DNA of 64,000 nucleotides from Escherichia coli (GTDB taxonomy: Bacteria; Pseudomonadota; Gammaproteobacteria; Enterobacterales; Enterobacteriaceae): the NCBI RefSeq assembly GCF_965641715.1, contig NZ_OZ282453.1, one strand, 5' to 3'. The notes under the pieces are model-generated. The model saw nothing but the letters and a program-made list of their open reading frames with translations. It was not told where the DNA came from and did no database searches. Positions 11,406 through 19,284 of this stretch are shown here, one piece after another (the stretch's first letter is position 1; every line of letters begins with the position of its first letter). The translations under genes were made by a program, and so were the position numbers.

Positions 11406-11732
11406 ATGAATGAAGAACTATTGAGGGCATTGTTTAAGATCCCAGACCCCATCACCGTCGATGAGTTTTCCCGCCGCACAGGTAAGACCGAATCAGCCGT
11501 AAGAAAGTTGGTAGAGCGTCGACTCATCCCTCTAACTACTGAGCGCGAGGTTTTAGGCGAGGAAGGGAGTTCGCGCCGTCTTCTCATCCTTTGGAATGAG
11601 TGGCTCGAAATGGTCTATGACGCAACGAAACAGCTTCCTCCTGAGCGTAAAGATTGGCGCAATCACTGGCTGAAGAAAGCCAAGAAGCTGGCGGAAGATT
11701 TGGGATTAGGTTTTCTTAATTTTGCTGCATGA
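11406..11732 (+). CDS. Cox/Apl-like early regulator-excisionase (putative)
   Basis: First gene divergent from C; ATG 11406 has a gggag RBS; HTH-like VDEFSRRTGKTESAVRKLVERRLIP resembles the P2 Cox N-terminus. Confidence 0.55.
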   Translation: MNEELLRALFKIPDPITVDEFSRRTGKTESAVRKLVERRLIPLTTEREVLGEEGSSRRLLILWNEWLEMVYDATKQLPPERKDWRNHWLKKAKKLAEDLGLGFLNFAA

Positions 11733-11750
11733 GATGCAGGGAGTTTTGAT

Positions 11751-12092
11751 ATGAAACAGCAACGTAATTCACGCTTTCGTAATGGCGCTGAACGCCACGC
11801 TAACCGTTTCGCTACCAGCGCATCACGCAGCAACATCCGCTACAGCCTGAGTGATACACACGCAACGCCGGATGGCTACCCAGTAAAACAAATCGGCGAG
11901 CATGCCTGGCTGATTGAAAAAGCTGGAATCGTGGTCCACAAATGCCCACGCAATCCGTTTACCGGAAACCGCATTTTTGCATTGAGCTGCGGCGACAATC
12001 AGTTCGGGCAGGATTTCACATTGTACGAAGCGCTACGCACGGTTGATCGTCTGCTCCGCGGACAAAGTTTTATTAAACAGGCTGATTTATAA
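11751..12092 (+). CDS. Hypothetical early-operon protein
   Basis: 113-aa ORF in the early operon. Confidence 0.5.
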   Translation: MKQQRNSRFRNGAERHANRFATSASRSNIRYSLSDTHATPDGYPVKQIGEHAWLIEKAGIVVHKCPRNPFTGNRIFALSCGDNQFGQDFTLYEALRTVDRLLRGQSFIKQADL

Positions 12093-12102
12093 CAGGTGCT
12101 TT

Positions 12103-12390
12103 ATGACCAAAGACCATGCACAAGGTGTATTTATCCGTTTTATTGATTTTCGCGGTGAACTGTTATTACGCGCATCCGCTATTGATGGAGTGGCTCCGGC
12201 GGGTAAAAACGGAGCCGACGAAGCCACTTACGTTTATCTGAACGGCACGCGACTGCTTGTGGAACTTCCGTACCAGACCGTACGAGAAATCATTAGCAAA
12301 GCTGAAAAAGCGCGCCAGGCTAATGGCAATGAACCCTATATCGAAATTATTTGCATGGATTCAGAAGCTGAAATCCAGAAAGCAGATTAA
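12103..12390 (+). CDS. Hypothetical early-operon protein
   Basis: ATG 12103 follows aggtg and the stop of the previous ORF; 95 aa. Confidence 0.5.
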   Translation: MTKDHAQGVFIRFIDFRGELLLRASAIDGVAPAGKNGADEATYVYLNGTRLLVELPYQTVREIISKAEKARQANGNEPYIEIICMDSEAEIQKAD

Positions 12391-12401
12391 AGGGCGTTGC
12401 G

Positions 12402-12644
12402 ATGGGCAAAGAATATAAAACTCTCATTAACAAAGCACTTGAGCGTTTCTATTTTCGCTTAAGTGCATCAGGCGCTCATGCTGAACGTGCTGCCCGTGAC
12501 TCATTGACCAGGGCAATCCGGAGTCTGTATGACGTGGCTTTTTACGCTGATGATCTGGATGCACCTAACGAACTTTCCGAGCTGATCTGTGCCGCAGAAT
12601 GCGGGGAACATATTGAACCGTATAAGCTGGGGAATATCGCATGA
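12402..12644 (+). CDS. Hypothetical early-operon protein
   Basis: 80-aa ORF. Confidence 0.5.
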   Translation: MGKEYKTLINKALERFYFRLSASGAHAERAARDSLTRAIRSLYDVAFYADDLDAPNELSELICAAECGEHIEPYKLGNIA

Positions 12645-12754
12645 GTATATTTATCTCATGGCTTGTTCTGATTATTTCGGTGGTCTGCGCCATTGGGATT
12701 ATGCGAATTATTAATTCAGTGAAAAAGATCGAGCGTTTTTTCTCTGATGAATAA
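12641..12754 (+). CDS. Small hydrophobic peptide, 37 aa (not in the ORF track)
   Basis: ATGA overlap with the upstream stop; MSIFISWLVLIISVVCAIGIMRIINSVKKIERFFSDE has one TM helix and a basic tail. Confidence 0.45.
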   Translation: MSIFISWLVLIISVVCAIGIMRIINSVKKIERFFSDE

Positions 12755-12846
12755 CGATACAAATAAAACATCAAATTAAATAAGAAAACGTGAAAACCAT
12801 CCGTATTAACGGAGGTATTCGCACACGTAAATAATGGAGATATAAA

Positions 12847-13263
12847 ATGAACGCAAAAGAAGAAGGCATTATCGACACATTAAAAAAAATATCAGAAGCG
12901 GAAGATGAAATGGCTAAAGATGACGTGAAGCGTAGCCAACATATGGCAGCACTTCACGCACTGACCATCGCAAAAATCACCGCTGACGCAGCCAAAATTA
13001 TTGAGGAACAGGGCAAAGAAATCGACACTCTTAAAACACAGTCAACAGTTGCAGCCATGAATCCGTCCAGCATTGGACGCCGCATTTACATTCTTGGTTC
13101 GGCAATAATGACGCAATACACCATTATTGCCGAACTGCACGGCAAATACCTGATAACGCCTTACCACACAAAAGAGTCAGAGCTTCTGACAAATCTCCGC
13201 CTGATAGAACGCTCTCAAGCTGTATTCATTGATGACGCGCAACGTGCCGTATTTAACGCATAG
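12847..13263 (+). CDS. Hypothetical protein
   Basis: 138-aa ORF preceded by ggagat. Confidence 0.55.
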   Translation: MNAKEEGIIDTLKKISEAEDEMAKDDVKRSQHMAALHALTIAKITADAAKIIEEQGKEIDTLKTQSTVAAMNPSSIGRRIYILGSAIMTQYTIIAELHGKYLITPYHTKESELLTNLRLIERSQAVFIDDAQRAVFNA

Positions 13264-13286
13264 GGTTACTGGACAAAGGGGGCGCA

Positions 13287-13490
13287 ATGGCAATTAAGCA
13301 TTTTCCCGTCGTTCGCTTTACCTCCAGAGGGCGCGAATACGAGGTCGACGAACGCCTGATTACCACTATCGACAAACATCGTTCGGAAAAGGATGCACAC
13401 CACATCTACCTCACTGACGGCACTTACTTCTGCGCCACCAACGTGGCGCGGGTGAATCTTATCCGACAGGTACAGGAGCCACACAGATGA
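13287..13490 (+). CDS. Hypothetical protein
   Basis: 67-aa ORF; its stop overlaps the next start (ATGA). Confidence 0.5.
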   Translation: MAIKHFPVVRFTSRGREYEVDERLITTIDKHRSEKDAHHIYLTDGTYFCATNVARVNLIRQVQEPHR

Positions 13491-13753
13491 CCATTCTGGA
13501 CTACATCGCTACTCATCCGGGGTGTAGCGGCGGAGAGATCGCCGCAGCACTGAATACTCCAACCACAGCCATTAATGCTGAGTTACGCCAACTTTGGCGC
13601 GGCGGCTTAGTCATCAGAACAAACCGCAGCACAGGTGGTCGCGCTCGCAAAACTGGAGGCCAGGCTTCTTACCACGTAAACCCGATGCCGTTCGGGTGTA
13701 GCAATCCACTTACTCACATGTTTAACCAGCTACTGAAGGAAGCCAGAGCATGA
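13487..13753 (+). CDS. Putative winged-helix DNA-binding protein
   Basis: 88 aa; ILDYIATHPGCSGGEIAAALNTPTTAINAELRQLWRGGLV looks like a MarR/wHTH recognition unit. Confidence 0.45.
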   Translation: MTILDYIATHPGCSGGEIAAALNTPTTAINAELRQLWRGGLVIRTNRSTGGRARKTGGQASYHVNPMPFGCSNPLTHMFNQLLKEARA

Positions 13754-14049
13754 GCACCATCAACCACCAGAAGCTACGCGAACTGGCATTTGCCCTGCAA
13801 CGAATGGCAACGCCTCAAAAATTACTGGCATTTCGCGCAATGCTCTCGCCGTCTGCTGTGCTGGCATTGCTGGATGAGCTGGAGCACGCCAGAACCACGG
13901 CTCCTGCCATTCGCCTGACGCTCCATCATGAAATCGCTGATTTCTGCGCGACATTGGAGGCGCCAGGCGAACCGGAAACGCCGGAAGCAATACAGCAAGA
14001 GCCGCTGCAACGCATTGACAAGGTTTTTGATTTTTTTCTGAACCAGTAA
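13750..14049 (+). CDS. Hypothetical protein
   Basis: 99-aa ORF translationally coupled (ATGA) to the upstream ORF. Confidence 0.5.
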   Translation: MSTINHQKLRELAFALQRMATPQKLLAFRAMLSPSAVLALLDELEHARTTAPAIRLTLHHEIADFCATLEAPGEPETPEAIQQEPLQRIDKVFDFFLNQ

Positions 14050-14141
14050 GAAACCAGAGCATGCACACACAAAAAAACCGCTTGCCATGCCGCAATCAGT
14101 CAGGTTACATTTTCGCTGCACCTCATAAAACGGGTGCCGGG

Positions 14142-14166
14142 TTTCGCAGCCTGCTGACAACCAAAG
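14142..14166 (+). promoter_or_regulatory. Upstream target boxes a1 (tttcgcagc) and b1 (caaccaaag) for the c4-like RNA
   Basis: Complementary to 14287-14293 and 14272-14280 respectively. Confidence 0.5.
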
Positions 14167-14232
14167 CGCACAACCGCGCCAGCGGTTTTTTTGTGCGTAC
14201 TGTATTGCCACGTTTTTTTCGCGTCAGAATTA

Positions 14233-14314
14233 TGGCGGGGCGTACGGGGCCGACTTCGGTCGGGCCGGGTTCTTTGGTTGCCGGTACTGCGAACCCCGTA
14301 CGTCTCGCCACCCA
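14233..14314 (+). ncRNA. P1 c4-like antisense regulatory RNA (~80 nt)
   Basis: 16-17 bp terminal helix (14233-14249 / 14294-14310) followed by ACCCA; UUCG-tetraloop hairpin 14250-14263; second hairpin whose 12-nt loop carries b'; single-stranded a' 14287-14293. Confidence 0.55.
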
Positions 14315-14317
14315 CAG

Positions 14318-14364
14318 TTTCGCAGCTCTGGATGGTGAGTTTTCAAAACTTACAACCAAAGAGG
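14318..14364 (+). promoter_or_regulatory. Downstream target boxes a2 (14318-14326) and b2 (14353-14362); b2 overlaps the SD aagagg of ORF 14372
   Basis: caaccaaaga is a perfect 10-nt complement of loop 14271-14280. Confidence 0.5.
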
Positions 14365-14371
14365 CCACACC

Positions 14372-14602
14372 ATGGCAAACCGCAAACAGCACCGCGCTAT
14401 CGCGGAGCGTCGTCACATCCAGACTGAAATCAACCGCAGACTTTCCCGCGCATTCCGCGTCGCTAAAATCATGCACATCAATATGCTGCATGAGCGTAGC
14501 TGCGAACTTTCAAACCTCTACTCATCCGCTGTTTTCAGCTATCTGGCGGATGATCTGCGCGAGCTTCAACAGCTCATCCAGCAGCAAAACAAACTCCATT
14601 AA
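14372..14602 (+). CDS. Hypothetical 76-aa protein in the position of P1 icd (first gene under c4-like control)
   Basis: ATG with SD aagagg; basic helical protein; the similarity to icd is positional only. Confidence 0.5.
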   Translation: MANRKQHRAIAERRHIQTEINRRLSRAFRVAKIMHINMLHERSCELSNLYSSAVFSYLADDLRELQQLIQQQNKLH

Positions 14603-14674
14603 TTCCTGTTCCGGGCCTTTCCTGCACCTTGCGGCGGGAGGCCTTCGCACATCTGTAACAAGAGGATTGCCGCA

Positions 14675-15040
14675 ATGATTCTCGCCAACGACTTTCTTGA
14701 ATACCTGCTCAACACAGAGCGTGATCTTGCCGCTCGCGTACGTGATCGTTATGACATGTATCTGAAATCCCTGCCTGTACCGCAGCTCGCTGACGGAAAG
14801 ATTGTTATTGATGGTCGCTACATGATTGACAGCCACGAGGGAAATTACAGGCTTTACCGCATTGAAGGTGGCACCCCGTCCGTTATTGGCATTTACCAGC
14901 GCCCATCCTCTGCAATCGTCGATGTGATTGCCGACAGCATCCGCATCACACATCGCCATGCCGACACAGAAGACACCGTGCTGGAAATTCAGCGGCTGGC
15001 TGCCGTCTGCCGCGACACCCTGAATGGCATGACGAAGTAA
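14675..15040 (+). CDS. Hypothetical protein
   Basis: 121-aa ORF immediately upstream of gene A. Confidence 0.55.
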   Translation: MILANDFLEYLLNTERDLAARVRDRYDMYLKSLPVPQLADGKIVIDGRYMIDSHEGNYRLYRIEGGTPSVIGIYQRPSSAIVDVIADSIRITHRHADTEDTVLEIQRLAAVCRDTLNGMTK

Positions 15041-15046
15041 ATCACT

Positions 15047-17869
15047 ATGACGGCAGAGTACATCAGGGACTGGCAACAACCGCGCCACGCAGTGGGACGT
15101 GAAGGAACGGGGATCCCCGTTCCTGAATCCGCGCTTTCCTCCTGGCTGGATGCCTACCGGGCAGAGAACGAGCGCCGCCAGGAAATGGCTGATGCGGCGT
15201 TCTCCGCCACGCCGCTGGGCAACCTGATTAATAAAAGCCTGGATGCACAGGAAAAACAGGACAAAACCATCACACTGGCAGGAGACGCCAGAAAACAGGT
15301 ACGCGGTGCGGTGGATGAAGCCATGGCCTCGCTGCGCCTGCTGCCGTCCTATCTGCGCGATCCGCTTATTCGCCACCTCTCCTTCCTGCGCAAAAAACAG
15401 GAAGCCGATCGCCGGAAAGGCAAAAAGAGCTGGCAGGCTGAACGCTACGCGCGCGGAACCCTGCGCAAAATATTCGAACGTCTGGACCGCACCGACCACC
15501 GCTGGCTGACACCGGGTTATCGCTCCCTTGCCGGACGCGAACGCCTGGATGATTTGCTTTACCTGCCGCAGCTCAACAAGCACCAGATACAGACGCTGGC
15601 CACCATGACGGCGGCGATGTTCAGCAGCACCTTCGAAAAACTCTGCGATGGCTTTGGCGCGACTGATGGCGAGCTGACCATGGATGTAACGCTGAAGGCG
15701 TATCAGATGCTGGCCCGCATGGCGTTACACCTGCACGCCATGCCTCCGCATTATGATGCACTGACAACAGACAAAGACCGGAGGAACGAACCGGACACGG
15801 AGCTGCTGCCGGGCGCAATCCTTCGCCTGACCTGTGCGGAATGGTGGAAACGCAAACTGTGGCTGTTACGTTGCGAGTGGCGGGAAGAACAACTCCGCGC
15901 CGCCTGTCTGGTTTCCAGAAAAACATCGCCCTATCTGAGCCAGGACGCGTTAAGCGAGTTTCGCGCACAGCGCGAGAAAACACGCGATTTCCTGAAAAGT
16001 TTCATGCTGGAAAACGAAGACGGGTTCACGATTGATCTCGAGACGGTGTATTACGCGGGAGTAAGTAACCCGGTTCATCGTAAGGCAGAAATGATGGCCA
16101 CCATGAAGGGGCTGGAACTTCTGGCCGAAGCCCGTGGCGACAAAGCGGTGTTTCTGACTGTCACCTGCCCGTCAAAATACCACGCCACAACAGAGAACGG
16201 TCATCCGAATCCCAAATGGAACGGGGCCACCATGCGCGACTCCAGCGATTACCTGGTTAACACGTTTTTTGCGGCGGTCCGCAAGAAACTGAACCGCGAC
16301 GGCCTGCGCTGGTATGGCATCCGCACGGTGGAGCCTCACCATGACGGCACCGTGCACTGGCATATGATGGTCTTTGCTCATCCGGAAGAAATCGACACCA
16401 TTGTGTCCCACACCCGCGATATTGCCATTCAGGAAGATCGTCACGAGCTGGGTGATGATATTACCCCACGCTTTAAGGCGGAGTACGTCGACGGCTCAAA
16501 AGGCACACCGACCAGCTACATCGCCACCTACATCGGGAAAAACCTGGACAGCCGTGCCGTGGATGGCATCGACCCGAAAACGGGCAAGCCACGCGTTGAC
16601 CACGAAACCGGAAAATCAATGGCCGAGAGCGTGGAACGCGCCATCGGCTGGGCGCGCCTTCATCGGGTCCGCCAGTTCCAGTTCTTTGGCATCCCCTCCC
16701 GTCAGGTGTGGCGTGAACTGCGCCGCCTTGCCAGCCAGATGGCTCGCAACCCGGAAGGACCGCAACGGCTGAAGGATGACGCAATGGACGCGGTTCTTGC
16801 TGCCGCTGATGCCGGATGTTTTGCCACCTACATAGAGAAACAGGGCGGCGTACTTGTTCCACGCAAGGACTACCTGATTCGCACCGCCTACGACCTCGCA
16901 GATGAGCTGAACGATTACGGTGAACAGAGCGTACAGATTTACGGGATCTGGTCACCGCTCATCGGGGAGTCTTCCCGCGTATGCACGCATCCGGACAACT
17001 GGAAGCTGGTAAGACGCAAACCGGAAGCGGAAGACAGCGCCCGCGAAAATGGTTTTGACCTTCAGGGCGGCCCTGCCGCCCCTTGGACTCGTGGCAATAA
17101 CTGTCCCCGTGTACAGGAAACAGGCAACAGCGGGACAGAACAGTCGAAAGAACGGCCAGCACCGTGGCCGCAGCTTCCTGACGGCGTTGACGTGAACGAA
17201 TGGATGCGCTCACTGAAACGGCACGAACGCCGGGCGCTGATGCGTTCGCTTCGTGACAAACAGGCAAAAAACAGCAGTGATGAAATGCAGAGCTGGACAC
17301 AGAGCCGCAAACAGCCACGGCCTTTGCCTGATAACCACGAATTACTCGCTAAAGAATGGCGGGAGTCTGCTGAATCTCTCGGCCTGCATATCGGTGAACA
17401 ACAGATGCAGCACCTGTTACGGGGCGGCAGTCTGTACGTTGACGGCAGCATCATTGCACCGCAGGGATTTGAAATTGTACGCAAACCGGATACCCGCCCG
17501 GACAGCCGAATCACGCAGCTCTGGCAGCGCCTGAGCCGTAATCATGGCGTAAGCAGCACGGAGATCCGCCATAACCCGGTCGCCAGCTATCTGGCACAGC
17601 TGGGGGCATCAGACCCTGAAGCCGCCGCACGCCTGGCATCCACACTTCAGCAGGACCAGAACACCATGAAAACACCCGTTACCGTGCTTTCTGACATGCT
17701 GCGCGCCATCCGCGACGCAGAGCACGCACAGAGAATCAGTGAAACCACTGAACGCGCCAGCCGCAAAGCAGACCTGCTGCGGGGTGGCCTGACCAGTGGA
17801 AACAAAAAACAGACAGAAACGGGATTCACAAATCCCATAAATGAGCAAAAAACGTGCCGCGATATATGA
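15047..17869 (+). CDS. A: P2 gpA-type rolling-circle replication initiator (HUH endonuclease) with a long C-terminal extension
   Basis: HUH-like VHWHMMVF and YIATYIGK tyrosine motif; 940 aa versus ~760 aa remembered for P2 A. Confidence 0.85.
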   Translation: MTAEYIRDWQQPRHAVGREGTGIPVPESALSSWLDAYRAENERRQEMADAAFSATPLGNLINKSLDAQEKQDKTITLAGDARKQVRGAVDEAMASLRLLPSYLRDPLIRHLSFLRKKQEADRRKGKKSWQAERYARGTLRKIFERLDRTDHRWLTPGYRSLAGRERLDDLLYLPQLNKHQIQTLATMTAAMFSSTFEKLCDGFGATDGELTMDVTLKAYQMLARMALHLHAMPPHYDALTTDKDRRNEPDTELLPGAILRLTCAEWWKRKLWLLRCEWREEQLRAACLVSRKTSPYLSQDALSEFRAQREKTRDFLKSFMLENEDGFTIDLETVYYAGVSNPVHRKAEMMATMKGLELLAEARGDKAVFLTVTCPSKYHATTENGHPNPKWNGATMRDSSDYLVNTFFAAVRKKLNRDGLRWYGIRTVEPHHDGTVHWHMMVFAHPEEIDTIVSHTRDIAIQEDRHELGDDITPRFKAEYVDGSKGTPTSYIATYIGKNLDSRAVDGIDPKTGKPRVDHETGKSMAESVERAIGWARLHRVRQFQFFGIPSRQVWRELRRLASQMARNPEGPQRLKDDAMDAVLAAADAGCFATYIEKQGGVLVPRKDYLIRTAYDLADELNDYGEQSVQIYGIWSPLIGESSRVCTHPDNWKLVRRKPEAEDSARENGFDLQGGPAAPWTRGNNCPRVQETGNSGTEQSKERPAPWPQLPDGVDVNEWMRSLKRHERRALMRSLRDKQAKNSSDEMQSWTQSRKQPRPLPDNHELLAKEWRESAESLGLHIGEQQMQHLLRGGSLYVDGSIIAPQGFEIVRKPDTRPDSRITQLWQRLSRNHGVSSTEIRHNPVASYLAQLGASDPEAAARLASTLQQDQNTMKTPVTVLSDMLRAIRDAEHAQRISETTERASRKADLLRGGLTSGNKKQTETGFTNPINEQKTCRDI

Positions 17870-17917
17870 AGCGCGCACAAAACAGGCAAAAGCGGGATTT
17901 AAAAATCCTGTAAACGA
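17802..17917 (+). repeat. Two ~42-bp imperfect direct repeats, each with a palindrome (candidate parC / ParR operator)
   Basis: acaaaaaacagacagaaacGGGATTCACAAATCCCataaatga (17802-17844) versus acaaaacaggcaaaagcGGGATTTAAAAATCCtgtaaacga (17877-17917). Confidence 0.35.
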
Positions 17918-17945
17918 TTAATTAATCAACATAAGGAAAAGCGAC

Positions 17946-18905
17946 ATGAAAATTTGTATCGACGACGGCTCCACCAACATCAAGCTGGCATGGACTGAGA
18001 ACGGCGAACGCCGCAACGCCATCAGCCCGAACAGCTTCAAGTCGGAATGGTCTGCGCCGTTCGGTGGCTCGCAGCCCGCGAACTACATGCTTGATGGCGT
18101 GCGCTATGGTTTTGATCCGGTCAGCGATCGCTTTGTCCAGACGACCGACACGCAATACCAGTACAGCGATGTGAATGTCATTGCCATTCATCACGCGCTG
18201 GTCAAATCAGGCATCACGCCACAGGAGGTGGATGTGGTTGTCACCCTGCCATTGAGCGAGTATTTCGACACAAACGCACAGCCGGACATGGCCAACATCA
18301 GCCGCAAAAAAGCGAACGTTATGCGCCCGGTGGAGTACCAGAACGGCGAAACATTCACTATCCGTAACGTACGGGTTATGCCTGAATCCATTCCGGCTGG
18401 CTTTAAAGCACTGGCTGACATGAGTCCGCTTGAATCCCTGCTGATTGTGGATTTGGGCGGAACCACACTGGATGTGGCAAAGGTTCAGGGGCAACTGGCA
18501 GGTATCAGCCAGGTGTTTTGCGATCCACACGTAGGCGTTTCCCTGATGGCCGATGCCGTACTGTCGGTGATGGCCACTAACGGTATGCGTATCAGTCACC
18601 ACATCGCCAATACCATTATCGAACATCGCCATGATGAAGCCTGGTTGCGCCAGCACATCCACAATGACGCGCATTACGCCAGCCTGATGGCGGTTATTCG
18701 TGAAAAGGAAGAAACACTGAAACAACGCGTGATCCGCGCGCTGGCGGTTTTTTCGGGTTACGGGCGGGTGATGGTTGTCGGTGGCGGGGCGGAGATTGTG
18801 GCACCCGCTATCCGCGAAGCCTGCGGAGTTAATGCGACTTTCATCGCGGACGGGGTGCCACAGTTTGCTCTGGTTAATGGGCTGTACGCAATGGACAAGG
18901 AGTAA
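17946..18905 (+). CDS. parM: ParM/StbA actin-like plasmid-segregation ATPase
   Basis: Full-length similarity to remembered R1 ParM (IDDGSTNIKL, ISPNSFK, YSDVNVIAIHHAL, RKKAN, VMPESIPAG, DLGGTTLD, GGGAE). Confidence 0.85.
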   Translation: MKICIDDGSTNIKLAWTENGERRNAISPNSFKSEWSAPFGGSQPANYMLDGVRYGFDPVSDRFVQTTDTQYQYSDVNVIAIHHALVKSGITPQEVDVVVTLPLSEYFDTNAQPDMANISRKKANVMRPVEYQNGETFTIRNVRVMPESIPAGFKALADMSPLESLLIVDLGGTTLDVAKVQGQLAGISQVFCDPHVGVSLMADAVLSVMATNGMRISHHIANTIIEHRHDEAWLRQHIHNDAHYASLMAVIREKEETLKQRVIRALAVFSGYGRVMVVGGGAEIVAPAIREACGVNATFIADGVPQFALVNGLYAMDKE

Positions 18906-18909
18906 ACCA

Positions 18910-19221
18910 ATGACGACTCCAACCAGACGGATAAGTTTCTATCTGAAGCCCGCCGCCGTCAAGAACGAAGGTGAAGCATGCGCCTGGCTGGACAGCCTTA
19001 CACCAGAAGCGCGCAAAAGCGGCCAACGCGTGGCTTTTCTGGCCGGGCTGGCACTTCTGAAAATGAATCCGGCAGAGGCTTACCGACTGGCTGCATGGGC
19101 TGATGATGAAGCGTTATCAGTGACACAAACCAGGACAGAACGCCCCGCGTCACAGCCAGTATCAACCGCACAGATAACCAGTCAGATGGCCGGAAATATC
19201 CGGGCGTTATTTCCCGAATAA
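18910..19221 (+). CDS. parR: ParR-like centromere-binding adaptor
   Basis: ATG 18910 follows aaggag, 4 nt after the parM stop; ISFYLKP...LDSLTPEARKSGQRVAFLAGLAL and C-terminal IRALFPE resemble R1 ParR. Confidence 0.7.
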   Translation: MTTPTRRISFYLKPAAVKNEGEACAWLDSLTPEARKSGQRVAFLAGLALLKMNPAEAYRLAAWADDEALSVTQTRTERPASQPVSTAQITSQMAGNIRALFPE

Positions 19222-19284
19222 CACAACATCAGGGCGCATCCGCCCTGATGACTTTAACCCGGGAACATAAACAAGGGGGACACA

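Noticed and set aside
14068-14310. Retron msr/msd: flanking inverted repeats (a1/a2-like) and a long-stem structured RNA in a P2/186-like prophage that also carries a methylase, reminiscent of the retron-Ec67 context
   Set aside because: No reverse-transcriptase ORF and no YxDD motif anywhere in the window. The structure plus duplicated complementary boxes is explained better by a c4-type antisense RNA.
14233-14314. tRNA or tRNA-like gene (7-bp acceptor-like pairing followed by ACCCA)
   Set aside because: The terminal helix runs 16-17 bp without interruption. There are no D or T arms, no GTTCRANNC box and no 7-nt anticodon loop. The acceptor-like end is more consistent with an RNase P-processed antisense RNA.
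14061-14678. 205-aa plus-strand ORF and overlapping minus-strand ORFs (13760..14095, 13822..14211, 14100..14315, 14123..14491)
   Set aside because: They span the structured non-coding gap, lack RBSs and have low-complexity Arg/Ser/Thr-rich translations. They conflict with the well-supported ORF 14372 and the RNA element.
14522-15583. 353-aa minus-strand ORF
   Set aside because: It is antisense to ORF 14675 and replication gene A, with no motifs. It is a typical shadow ORF in GC-rich coding sequence.
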